Under the pieces are notes generated by a model. The model was not told where the DNA came from. It saw only the letters and a list, made by a program, of their open reading frames with translations, and ran no database searches. 47,157 bases of DNA from Nemertoderma westbladi. Lineage: Eukaryota > Animalia > Xenacoelomorpha. Location: positions 1 through 47,157 of the forward strand of contig JAUCBJ010005961.1 of assembly GCA_032718475.1 (NCBI GenBank). Reading direction: 5' to 3'. The position numbers were made by a program, and so were the translations under genes. Shown here piece after piece: positions 1 through 11,622 of this stretch. How positions within the stretch are numbered: position 1 is the stretch's first letter; the number at the start of each line of letters is the position of its first letter.

Positions 1-513
1 TGATACAGGTGGTATTGTACCACAAAGCTCGGCGTTTGTCATGTGTTGTCTCCAGCTGATGTTTAGGGCTGCCCTTAGTAGTCTTGTGTAGCAACCATCA
101 ATTCGTTGTTCAAGTGATTTAGTCAGTGTCCAGGTCTCACCCCCGTATAAAAATACACTTTCCACTGTGGCTCGAAAGAACTTAGTCTTCAGGTGCCTGG
201 AGAGATCTGATTTCCAGATGGTATCCATTTTTGATAGAGCTACCCAAGCCTTTGCTTTCCTAACTTCTATGTCATTTTTGCTACTCTCTATCCATGATCC
301 TAGGTACTGGAAGTCATCGACCTTCCTTAGTTGATTATTATCAATGGTTGTCAAGTTTCCATTAACATTAAAAGTCATGAATTCGGTCTTGGTAGTATTT
401 ATATGCAATCCAACCTCCTTAGTAGCCCTCTCTCCTTTATTCAGTAGAAGCTGTGTATATTCTAGCGTATTAGAGAGCATTGCAATGTCATCCACAAAGT
501 CGGTGTCTGTGAC
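1..513 (-). mobile_element. RTE-clade non-LTR retrotransposon fragment (RT C-terminal part), running off the window start
   Basis: Minus strand reads TDTDFVDDIAMLSN...GLHINTTKTEFM...FQYLGSWI...KAWVALSKMDTIWKS...FFRATVESVFLYGGETWTLT...DGCYTRLLRAALNISW, a typical LINE RT (F[A/V]DD, YLG) plus thumb region. A near-identical copy lies at ~19130-19660 on the + strand. Confidence 0.85.
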
Positions 514-1066
514 TATAGGCCGCCGTTGGTTGATTACCTTCCGCCGACCTTGTCAGCATGTCTAGCCGTTGGTTGATTGCCTTATGCCTATCCATGGCCT
601 ACGGTCCTGCTGCCGACTGTATGAGTCCTTTTGTTACACCCTAAACCAAGCGTGCCTCCTGGGTTAGGTTACCTAACACTGGTAGTGGAGCATCCAGTAT
701 AGACAGAGGGGCGTGCATTGCAGATGTATGCTCAAGCCTTTGCCTTCAATGGTGCCCAAGGCGCTATAGCCCTCAATGACTTATTTAGTTGACGGGGCTT
801 AACCAACCCACTCTTGATCAACTAAATAATGAATAGGCTACTGGCGCTTATCGGGCCTGCCCTACTGGGCTGACAGCAGCTACAGGCAGTACCACATTAC
901 TGCCATAGTGGTAGCAGGATGTTGTGAATCCATCATACACTAATATGATAATTATCTAGCATCAATGAATTCATCTCCAGTTCCACGAAATCATTTTCTT
1001 CAATTCCCAATTACTTAATTATAAAATTATATGTATAGTAACTATAGTCATTTTTTTACATTCTAG

Positions 1067-1300
1067 AACACGGTAAATGCAGCGTCTGGATAGTGGACGG
1101 TGACCCCGCCCAAAAGGAACTGTTGCCATTCTCTTTACCCACAGTAGAACAAACCCCTCACACATTGGTGCTGTTAGTCGTTGATTTTTCCAGACCCTGG
1201 GACTTTATGGAATCGTTAGAAAGATGGTTGAAAGTAATCACTAGACATATGGACTCTCTTAACCTTTCTCCCCAGGACAAAGCAGAGTTACAAAGTAAAT
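1067..1300 (+). CDS. DYNC1LI: Cytoplasmic dynein 1 light intermediate chain, internal exon A
   Basis: Acceptor ttttacattctag at 1066 and donor gtgagt at 1301. Translation HGKCSVWIVDGDPAQKELLPFSL...TLVLLVVDFSRPWDFMESLERW matches the DLIC motif (R)CNVWILDGD...VVDMS(K/R)PW. Ends in phase 1 (T). Confidence 0.9.
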
Positions 1301-1723
1301 GTGAGTTGTCATTGTTGAGATATCAAATAACTATATATTTGGTCCATTGTGGTAATTGTTATGTTACGCATAGAAAAATTTGCTATCAGTAGGTTATATA
1401 CATACACAACACAATCTATGAATGTATGTGTTCATTGTGTTGTAGACTGTACAGCAAATGAAATAATGACATACATTTACAACTGGTGAACCTCCAGACA
1501 CATATTCAATCAGTGAGTGAATTTACATCAATACATAGAAAAAATATTATAAAATGTAAATAGTTTTAATAATGATTAACCATATATATGTGTTAATAAA
1601 AAATAGGTGGGAAATCTTCAAAAAAAATTTAACAAACCATGAAAAACAATTAAATGCCAGAATATAATTTTCAAGATGAATCCGAATATCGTCATTTTTG
1701 ATCTAAAATATAAATAATAAGCA

Positions 1724-4700
1724 AGACGACTGGCTCTGTCTGATAACAACGTATCCTATTACATACGAGACGACTGGCTCTGCCTGATAACAACGTATCC
1801 TACTACATACGAGACGACCGGCTCTGCCTGATAACAACGTATCGTACTACATACGAGACGACTGGCTCTGCTTGATAACAACGTATCCTACTACATACGA
1901 GACGACTGGCTCTGCCTGATAACAACGTATCCTACTACGAGACGACTGGCTCTGCCTGATAACAACGTATCCTACTACATACGAGACGACTGACTCTGCC
2001 TGATAACAACGTATCCTACTACATACGAGACGACTGGCTCTGTCTGATAACAACGTATCCTACTACATACGAGACGACTGGCTCTGCCTGATAACAACGT
2101 ATCCTACTACATACGAGACGACTGACTCTGCCTGATAACAACGTATCCTACTACATACGAGACGACTGACTCTGCCTGATAACAACGTATCCTACTACAT
2201 ACGAGACGACTGGCTCTGTCTGATAACAACGTATCCTACTACATACGAGACGACTGGCTCTGACTGATAACAACGTGTCCTACTACATACGAGACGACTG
2301 GCTCTGCCTGATAACAACGTATCCTATTACATACGAGACGACTGGCTCTGCCTGATAACAACGTATCCTACTACATACGAGACGACTGACTCTGCCTGAT
2401 AACAACGTATCCTACTACATACGAGACGACTGGCTCTGTCTGATAACAACGTATCCTACTACATACGAGACGACTGACTCTGCCTGATAACAACGTGTCC
2501 TACTACATACGAGACGACTGGCTCTGCCTGATAACAACGTGTCCTACTACATACGAGACGACTGGCTCTGCCTGATAACAACGTATCGTACTACATACGA
2601 GACGACTGGCTCTGCTTGATAACAACGTATCCTACTACATACGAGACGACTGGCTCTGCCTGATAACAACGTATCCTACTACATACGAGACGACTGGCTC
2701 TGCCTGATAACAACGTATCCTACTACATACGAGACGACTGACTCTGCCTGATAACAACGTATCCTACTACATACGAGACGACTGGCTCTGTCTGATAACA
2801 ACGTATCCTACTACATACGAGACGACTGGCTCTGCCTGATAACAACGTATCCTACTACATACGAGACGACTGACTCTGCCTGATAACAACGTATCCTACT
2901 ACATACGAGACGACTGACTCTGCCTGATAACAACGTATCCTACTACATACGAGACGACTGGCTCTGTCTGATAACAACGTATCCTACTACATACGAGACG
3001 ACTGGCTCTGCCTGATAACAACGTGTCCTACTACATACGAGACGACTGGCTCTGCCTGATAACAACGTATCCTATTACATACGAGACGACTGGCTCTGCC
3101 TGATAACAACGTATCCTACTACATACGAGACGACTGACTCTGCCTGATAACAACGTATCCTACTACATACGAGACGACTGGCTCTGTCTGATAACAACGT
3201 ATCCTACTACATACGAGACTACTTACTCTGCCTGATAACAACGTGTCCTACTACATACGAGACGACTGGCTCTGCCTGATAACAACGTGTCCTACTACAT
3301 ACGAGACGACTGGCTCTGCCTGATAACAACGTATCGTACTACATACGAGACGACTGGCTCTGCTTGATAACAACGTATCCTACTACATACGAGACGACTG
3401 GCTCTGCCTGATAACAACGTATCCTACTACATACGAGACGACTGGCTCTGCCTGATAACAACGTATCCTACTACATACGTGACGACTGGCTCTGCCTGAT
3501 AACAACGTATCCTACTACATACGAGACGACTGGCTCTGCCTGATAACAACGTAACCTACTACATACGAGACGACTGGCTCTACCTGATAACAACGTAACC
3601 TACTACATACGAGACGACTGGCTCTGCCTGATAATAACGTATCTGACTATACATACGAGACGACTGGCTCTGCCTAATAACAACGTAACCTACTACATAC
3701 GAGACGACTGGCTCTGCCTGATAACAACGTATCCTACTACATACGAGACGACTGGCTCTGCCTGATAACAACGTATCCTACTACATACGAGACGACTGGC
3801 TCTGCCTGATAACAACGTATCCTACTACATACGAGACGACTGGCTCTGCCTGATAACAACGTATCCTACTACATACGAGACGACTGGCTCTGCCTGATAA
3901 CAACGTAACCTACTACATACGAGACGACTGGCTCTACCTGATAACAACGTAACCTACTACATACGAGACGACTGGCTCTGCCTGATAATAACGTATCTGA
4001 CTATACATACGAGACGACTGGCTCTGCCTAATAACAACGTAACCTACTACATACGAGACGACTGGCTCTGCCTGATAACAACGTATCCTACTACATACGA
4101 GACGACTGGCTCTGCCTGATAACAACGTAACCTACTACATACGAGACGACTGGCTCTACCTGATAACAACGTAACCTACTACATACGAGACGACTGGCTC
4201 TGCCTGATAACAACGTATCCTACTACATACGAGACGACTGGCTCTGCCTGATAACAACGTATCCTACTACATACGAGACGACTGGCTCTGCCTGATAACA
4301 ACGTGTCCTACTACATACGAGACGACTGGCTCTGCCTGATAACAACGTAACCTACTACATACGAGACGACTGGCTCTGCCTGATAACAACGTATCCTACT
4401 ACATACGAGACGACTGGCTCTGCCTGATAACAACGTATCCTACTACATACGAGACGACTGGCTCTGCCTGATAACAACGTATCCTACTACATACGAGACG
4501 ACTGGCTCTGCCTGATAACAACGTGTCCTACTACATACGAGACGACTGGCTCTGCCTGATAACAACGTATCCTACTACATACGAGACGACTGGCTCTGCC
4601 TGATAACAACGTGTCCTACTACATACGAGACGACTGGCTCTGCCTGATAACAACGTATCCTACTACATACGAGACGACTGGCTCTACCTGATAACAACGT

Positions 4701-5066
4701 AACCTACTACATACGAGACGACTGGCTCTGCCTGATAACAACGTATCCTACTACATACGAGACGACTGGCTCTGCCTGATAACAACGTAACCTACTACAT
4801 ACGAGACGACTGGCTCTGCCTGATAACAACGTATCCTACTACATACGAGACGACTGGCTCTGCCTGATAACAACGTGTCCTACTACATACGAGACGACTG
4901 GCTCTACCTGATAACAACGTATCGTACTACATACGAGACGACTGGCTCTGCCTGATAACAACGTATCCTACTACATACGAGACGACTGGCTCTGCCTGAT
5001 AACAACGTGTCCTACTACATACGAGACGACTGGCTCTGCCTGATAACAACGTATCCTACTACATAC
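1724..5066. repeat. 44-bp minisatellite array, ~76 units, in DLIC intron
   Basis: Unit gagacgactggctctgcctgataacaacgtatcctactacatac repeated head-to-tail with few point variants. No unique spacers. Confidence 0.97.
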
Positions 5067-5775
5067 ATTTATTTTCTTTTATTTAATTTTAATTTTGTTG
5101 TTTTCAATTCAATCATCAAGTGACACCTCGGATCGCATACATTTATGGTATTTATCTATATTAATAAAGAACTCCTTGAAGAAGCCATTTCTAAATTACT
5201 CGTGGGTATTCTTCCTTATATCTTCCCTACTATATACAATATTGGCTCACAGAGAGTTTCCTATGCATTGAAATGCGTCACAACCTATGGAATGAATCGA
5301 TCTTTACTTCTGGCCTGTCGGTGTCTATTTGTATAACAGTTACCATACCACAGCACTTCATTGTTTCTTCCTCAATTAATAAGGAATGCGGTTTACAAAG
5401 TAATTAAGGAATTGGATCTCACGATCTCAATATTTAGATCGCTCTGAGCCTTTGGTAATTAATATCAACAGATCTATAATCTCCACTCTAAATCTTACAT
5501 ATGTCACCTCCAGTATTCCCTTTTAACTGGAGATTGCATTATGTGCTATTATCGTTCTTCTTCGGCTTATTATTTTGTGATCCCCTTAATTTATTGGTAT
5601 TAATAGTGAATTAGTAAAATAGTGAAATAGTTTTTGTAATAAAATCGATGCGTACAACCGATGTTCTCTTGGTAGAATTATGTCAGACCTCTATCCTGGA
5701 CGTCAAAACCGCCTTCGTGCTCTGCTCAACAATACATTATAATACTATATCTTATATTCATATTTTGTCCGCTAG

Positions 5776-5939
5776 TGGTGCACGATTTCCAGGATTATCA
5801 GGAGCCAGACGAATCTGGTCGCATTCCTAGGAAACCCTCCATAATAATGCCCGACACAGTCGATGACGTCACACTTCCGCTCCCGGATGGGGCATTAACG
5901 CATAACATTGGGTTACCTTTGGTGGTTGTGGCTCATAAG
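5776..5939 (+). CDS. DYNC1LI: Cytoplasmic dynein 1 light intermediate chain, internal exon B
   Basis: Acceptor ttttgtccgctag at 5775; T|TG joins exon A as Leu. Reads VHDFQDYQEP...LPLPDGALTHNIGLPLVVVAHK, matching DLIC RDFQEYVEP...LPLG..TLTHNLG.P.LVV.TK. Donor gttagt at 5940, phase 0. Confidence 0.92.
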
Positions 5940-6187
5940 GTTAGTGCTCTATTGGATATTATGTGGTGAATCTTATATTAGTTATAATAGGTATTTGAGG
6001 CGTAAGAATCGTTACCCTAGAGTAGGGGGGCTTTTAATTGATTCCTACGAAGTACTGAAATGAGTATTGAATTACACCCCATATGCCATGGGGTTTATCG
6101 AGAATACATGGGTGGGGTAATTAGCTCTTATTTGCCTCGATTTTCCCCTAGAGATGGTTGAATTTTGATTGCGTCTAAGCCGACCAA

Positions 6188-6262
6188 CCCCCCCCCCCCC
6201 CCTCCCCACAATCCCCCCACCCTCCCCACAATCCCCCCCCCCACAATCCCCCCCCCCTACCC
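6188..6262. repeat. C-rich low-complexity tract (G-quadruplex-capable on the minus strand)
   Basis: Runs of C separated by acaat or t. Confidence 0.7.
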
Positions 6263-6867
6263 TCACGCATCTGCATCCTGGCTCATTAACACCACTGCTC
6301 ATCGTTAGTCGGACCGATAATATTGTGTATATGTTGATGAATGCGCCCTTGTGAAGAATACCAGGTTTTCACTTTTAATTGGAAATTTATAAATGGAAAA
6401 TACTTTGTAATTGTCTAAATTTCTCCTCTAAGTGTTTTATAGCTTTATTCATTTATTATAACCTGTACGTACATAATATACTAATTCGTTTATTGTTTTG
6501 GTTAGATTACGCACTTCTGTAACCTGGGTTTTTGTGAAAACCTGATACCTTTCGGTTTCTTTCTTCTTCACATGGGGAAAAAAGCAAAGTGAAATATAAC
6601 AGCAGAAAGTCTGGTAAACGTGACTTAGACTTAAACATTAATTAGCCTTAATTAAAAAAAAACGAAATAGTAATTATTATGCCATATAATTACGATGCTA
6701 CAATATCATTATGAAATACGATAATTAATATGCAATATTTATTATGATGAAATCAGGTTGCTATTCCGATGCGATTATTGCATAATAAATAGTTTCTTAC
6801 AGCCAATGTATGAAATAATAACTTTATGGATTGAATAGTTATTGTGCAATGTCATAGGCTATTGGTT

Positions 6868-6927
6868 GTTGCCAAGCAACATCAGGTAATACCTACCTGT
6901 GCTACTTTAAGTAGGACTGACGGAAGT
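6868..6927. promoter_or_regulatory. Candidate RIOK3 promoter motifs: RFX X-box (6868-6880) and ETS site (6921-6927)
   Basis: GTTGCCAAGCAAC fits the X-box palindrome and CGGAAGT is the ETS core. Both lie ~750-800 bp upstream of the RIOK3 ATG. Motif match only. Confidence 0.4.
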
Positions 6928-7190
6928 TGAACATAAACTGAAATCGCTTTCCTTTCTACTTCTGTACCTATCCTCTACTCGGCCTGGTTCTGGTAGTTTT
7001 CAATTCTATATCTGCAGACTCACACTGCCATAAAGTTTTTTTTCGTTATTCATTGAATCCACCGGCAGGACAGGTACCGAGTAATACAGTACCGGTACAG
7101 CGGTAGCAGAATAGTGCTGTACATGGGTGCTTAGATTGTGGCTTTTATTGGTAACTGGAAAAGCAACGATCTTTTAAGCACCAGTTTAGA

Positions 7191-7278
7191 GGGTAAATCT
7201 TTTCGACCTACGCGTAGGCCTACGCGTAGCTACGCGTAGCTACGCGTAGGCCTACGCGTAGGTCGAAAAGATTTACCC
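7191..7278. mobile_element. 88-bp perfectly palindromic micro-MITE with 8-bp target-site duplication
   Basis: gggtaaatcttttcgacc-(tacgcgta x5 core)-ggtcgaaaagatttaccc is its own reverse complement. It is flanked by agtttaga at 7183-7190 and 7279-7286. Confidence 0.8.
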
Positions 7279-7672
7279 AGTTTAGACGTACTCCTCTACC
7301 GTTGCTGTATGATTACGATAATAAGCTTACTCATTTACCGGTAACTAGAATTTTAACTTTTCCGACATGCGTTAGCCCTTAGCGTATGACGGATAGCACA
7401 GTAGCAGGGTAGGCTACCAGGCTACTCCGTACTCAACCAGTTGCGAGTGCCCAGTCTGCCAGTACGCTTGCAGGGTTGCTCTGCGTTTTACACATGCAGA
7501 TATGTGATACATAGGCCTGTAGGCCTAACAATCATTAGCCTACCAATTCACAATTGCTGCATTATTGTTAGGCTGCTTGGCTTGGTACTAGATTTTAAAT
7601 AGGCCTAATTTATACAGTTATAGCCGCATTAATTGCATACGAAATCGTTCTGTGCTATACAATCCGACTACA

Positions 7673-9358
7673 ATGGAGTTGGAATCAGTAGTTTTAGTGT
7701 CTCCTCAACCTCAAGCCAACCCATGGCACCATACTGGAACTGGACCACCCAAATCCCCTCCCGCAACCTCGCTGACCGAGGTAATGAGCGAACAACTAGC
7801 AGCTAAACTATCGGAAGAAATTCCGGACAATACGGTGGCGGTGGGCGCGCAGAGCCGTGATTCACCCGAAACCGGTGCGAGTAATCGCAATCGGGAACTA
7901 CCGACGGAGAACGAGGCGAATAAACCGGATGAATCGACGGATAACGACCTGTTAGTGGCCCAGATGCTGCAGAACGAATTCGATAAAGAACACGACGAAC
8001 ATCTGCGCCGAGTTCAGAACGCTTATAACCGCAACTCCAAGATCTCGGTATCCTACGAGAAGTACAGGGCTGTTCGAGACGAAGCCGACTCTTCGGACCC
8101 AGAGGAAGAGGCGTTGGAGCGATGGAGGGTCTACGAGAAACCGGAGAAACCGATGCCTACCCCGAAACGGGGCTATTCTGGACGCGGTAAGGAGATGACG
8201 ACCAAGCACGACGCCGATGTCTGCGGCAGACGGAACGTGGGACGGATGGAACGCTTCCATCCTGGGTTCCGTTCCGGCGACGGGACCGGGGTCGATCTCA
8301 AGCTCCCGAACAACGTGTTCAACGCGCTGAAGCGACACGACGTGAAGGCGAGTAATCGTATGGCTCGACTCCACGAGAAGAAAGAGAACAGTACCAGCGA
8401 GTTGGCTATCGACGCGCGGACGCGGTTGATGTTGTACAAGTTGGTTAACTCGGGTTGGTTGGAGTCGATTAATGGATGCGTTAGTACCGGCAAGGAAGCC
8501 TGCGTCTACCATGGAGTCGGCGGCTCTGTGGAAGGCAAGGTTATCCCCGACGAGGTAGCCTTGAAGGTTTATAAGACGACCCTCAATGAGTTCAAGTGTC
8601 GCAGCGATTATATCCGCGACGATTACCGGTTTAAGGGACGTTTCCGCAAGCAGAATCCTCGGAAGGTGATACGGATGTGGGCAGAGAAAGAGATGCACAA
8701 CCTGACGAGGATGCGAGCCGTTGGGTTGAGGGTGCCTGAGGTCGTGTTGCTTAGGAAACACGTTTTGGTTATGGCCTTTATAGGGAGGGATCGAAGGCCT
8801 GCCCCACAGCTCAAGGACGCAGCTTTGGGATGCGCCGATATGGAGATCGCGTACGATCAGTGCGTCGAGATGATGTGTAGACTTTATAAGGAATGCAATC
8901 TCGTTCACGCTGATCTCTCAGAGTATAATATGTTGTGGTTCGATGAGTCGCTTTGGTTGATAGACGTGAGTCAGTCGGTTGAACCGACTCATCCATACGG
9001 CCTGCACTTCCTCTACAGGGACTGTCGCAATGTCAGCGGCTTCTTCTCCAGGGCTAAAGTCCATAATGTTCTCGACCCTATCGGCTTGTTTAATTTGGTT
9101 TCCGGAAGGAACATCTCATCACCAGAGGAACGGGACCTTATTTTACAGGTGGAACAGTTTGGAACAAAGAAGGAATTGATGACTGATTTAGAATTCGATT
9201 CCGCCGATAAAAACTATTCTTTTGATTTCTTCTTTAGTAAAGGCGAATCATTAGGGGATGTCCGTGATGTTGACGATGAATCTAGCTCTAGTGACGATGA
9301 ATTACCTTTGCGTGACAATGAATTACTATTGAGTGACCACGAGGATCATACAAACTGA
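7673..9358 (+). CDS. RIOK3: Serine/threonine-protein kinase RIO3, intronless CDS, 561 aa
   Basis: RIOK3-specific N-terminus (SLTEVMSEQLA, DLLVAQMLQNEFDKEHD, TTKHDADVCGRRN, LKLPNNVFNALK) plus RIO kinase motifs STGKEACVYH, KVYKTTLNEFK, LVHADLSEYNMLW and LIDVSQSVE. First ATG is at 7673. Confidence 0.95.
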   Translation: MELESVVLVSPQPQANPWHHTGTGPPKSPPATSLTEVMSEQLAAKLSEEIPDNTVAVGAQSRDSPETGASNRNRELPTENEANKPDESTDNDLLVAQMLQNEFDKEHDEHLRRVQNAYNRNSKISVSYEKYRAVRDEADSSDPEEEALERWRVYEKPEKPMPTPKRGYSGRGKEMTTKHDADVCGRRNVGRMERFHPGFRSGDGTGVDLKLPNNVFNALKRHDVKASNRMARLHEKKENSTSELAIDARTRLMLYKLVNSGWLESINGCVSTGKEACVYHGVGGSVEGKVIPDEVALKVYKTTLNEFKCRSDYIRDDYRFKGRFRKQNPRKVIRMWAEKEMHNLTRMRAVGLRVPEVVLLRKHVLVMAFIGRDRRPAPQLKDAALGCADMEIAYDQCVEMMCRLYKECNLVHADLSEYNMLWFDESLWLIDVSQSVEPTHPYGLHFLYRDCRNVSGFFSRAKVHNVLDPIGLFNLVSGRNISSPEERDLILQVEQFGTKKELMTDLEFDSADKNYSFDFFFSKGESLGDVRDVDDESSSSDDELPLRDNELLLSDHEDHTN

Positions 9359-10384
9359 TAGTAATGGTTGTAAAGATTTTAGTTGTATGTATTTAAATTG
9401 GGGAGTGTATGGGTTTTATTTTAATTTAATAATACTTAGTTCACTAACTGCTGTAACTGATATTATTGTGAATTTGACTCGAAAAAATAGCCACTAAGTA
9501 CTGGAGTCAAAATTATCACTTTGGCTGATGTATTGGATTAGACTAAGACTAACAACGGTGACGCGTGACGGTGGTATACGTACGGTTGTGTTCTTGTAAC
9601 ATCAGTTGCATTCAGTGCCGTAAAAGAAAAGGATGGCGGATGTGGTGTGCATGTACCACAGTGCTCATGGATACTCGTAATTTGGATATTTTGTTTTCCG
9701 ATTATATAGCGCGGTAGCTATTAGCCAGTTTATTTAACCCAAATCAACTCCAGTTGGAAACGGGATTCTATCCATACCAATTTGAAGAATAAGTCTAGTT
9801 CCTAAAAACATATAAACTGTATAGAGATTTTACCTTTGTGAGAAAATTTAAATATTACAATTTATGTTTCGGATATGTTGAGGTTATGTTATCGTTATAA
9901 ATCAGGGTAATTCATACATATTGTTGTACAGACACACTCACACTCACACACACCCCGTCAAAATAAATTTGCAATCAATCAAAGCCACATTTTTGGATTA
10001 TATATTTCAATGTTGATTTGTTTAATTGTGTTTATAATAAATTTAAAGGTTTGTAAGTTATTATTGTTGTTTTGAAGGTTTTCTACTAAGTCGAAAATGT
10101 TAGTTCGTTCGTCTTCGAATGAGCTTAAAGTTTGCAAACCTTTAAAATAAACTAGTATATCATTGACGCAATTTTTGATAGCCATCTTGGCAAAATTGAA
10201 AATTTGTTGGCGATTACCTATAATTTGAATTAAATACATTGTGGGGATATTCGGAATGAATAAGATTCACCTTGCGGTCTGTCGCTCATTAATTCCTTGA
10301 TAACGAGCGTTGCGCCAGTACTTGTTGAGGTCATAGTAAATGAGGAAAAGGGATGTTGAAGGGGGGCGGATACAAGGGGCATTA

Positions 10385-11425
10385 AATTGTACGCCATACG
10401 GCGGCCGGATCGAATAGAAAACATTTTTATGCGATCCGGTTGCCGTACGGCACTGTATACACCTTTTTGCATTGCGAAGGCCTATAATTATAATCTTATA
10501 ATGTAAAACAACAGTCCGAAATACTAGTGTTTGGTGGCCCATGAGTATCACACAAAAATACAAATTAAATTAAAAAAAAAACAAATAAAATTTAATTAAA
10601 AAACAAATAAAATTAAATTAAAAACAAATAAAATAAAATTAAATAACAAATAACAAATAAAATAAAATAAAATTAAAAAATGTAAAAAATTTATTTTAAA
10701 AATTTCATAAAAGTTAACAATAAATAAATAAATTAAATAGAAAAAAGATGATATTGTTTGTTGCTGTTGGTGACACATCAGTATCAATCCATGGAAATGT
10801 ATATCATTTTACCAGCCCATCAGAATCAATACCAATATCCGTAATTGGAAGTTATACTGATGGGCTGGTAAAATGATACATTTCCATGGATTGATACTGA
10901 TGTGCCACCAACAGCAACAATAGCAATGATACCGGTATACATGAGCTAGCTAGTAAATAAATCATCATCGGTATCACTTCAGCAAATAAATCATGTATTG
11001 GGTATTTTGGCTTAGCTGGGTGATATAAAGCGAGAATACATGATAAACATTTCTATGGATTTATACTGATGTGCCACCTGATGTGTATTTTTTTCATTTA
11101 TTACTTTTTCTTATTTTTTCTTCATTATTTTTATATTTAATTAATTAATATATTTTTTCTTTTATGAAATTTTTAAAGTAAATTTTTGACAATTTTTAAT
11201 TTAATTTAATTTAGTTGTTTTGTAATTTAATTTAATTTTATTTGTTTTTTAATCTAATTTTATTTTTTTTTTAATTTAATTTTAGTATTTCGGACTGTTG
11301 TTTTACATTATAAGATTATAATTATAGGCCTTCGCAATGCAAAAAGGTGTATACAGTGCCGTACGGCAACCGGATCGAATATAAATGTTTTCTATTCGAC
11401 CCGGCCGCCGTATGGCGTACAATTT
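10385..11425. repeat. ~1 kb foldback (nested inverted repeat)
   Basis: 10385-10527 is the near-perfect reverse complement of 11283-11425. A-rich 10560-10745 faces T-rich 11090-11282. An inner stem pairs 10757-10823 with 10856-10920. Confidence 0.9.
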
Positions 11426-11622
11426 TGTGGCATCTCGGACGTACGTTCACCGGTACAGTAAGCATCCGATTCCGATGCCTTAGGGTGGCCGTATACGTGG
11501 TCGTAAAATAACTGCAGATTATGTACGGAACCGCACGGCCTTGGATCAGGCCGTAGGTTGACCTCACGGCCGCCTTACGACGTTGTCTTACGGCTGTCGT
11601 ACGGCAGAGTATAAATGGGCCT
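11325..11622. mobile_element. Partial PIF/Harbinger-type MITE (one terminus visible)
   Basis: Ends in gagtataaatgggcct|tta, the same GGCCT+TWA terminus as the complete MITEs at 32965, 40135 and 40603. Rich in tacggc/gccgta subrepeats. Left end not found. Confidence 0.5.

Noticed and set aside
1301-1392. C-terminal part of the 99-aa ORF (likewise the read-through tails of ORFs 5775-5969 and 37958-38182)
   Set aside because: DLIC similarity stops at canonical donor sites; the tails are intron read-through.
1724-5066. CRISPR array or repeat-protein ORFs
   Set aside because: Units are contiguous with no unique spacers, there are no cas genes and the context is eukaryotic. The listed ORFs are translations of the repeat.
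1724-5066. Tandem hammerhead ribozymes (CTGATAA...stem...GAGAC)
   Set aside because: The core deviates from CUGANGA/GAAA, has extra bases before the stem, and stems I and III cannot be formed.
6072-6354. Gly-rich and Pro-rich ORFs
   Set aside because: Products of a poly-C low-complexity tract.
7952-8908. 318-aa antisense ORF over RIOK3
   Set aside because: Shadow of a GC-rich coding strand; no ATG start and no recognisable motifs.
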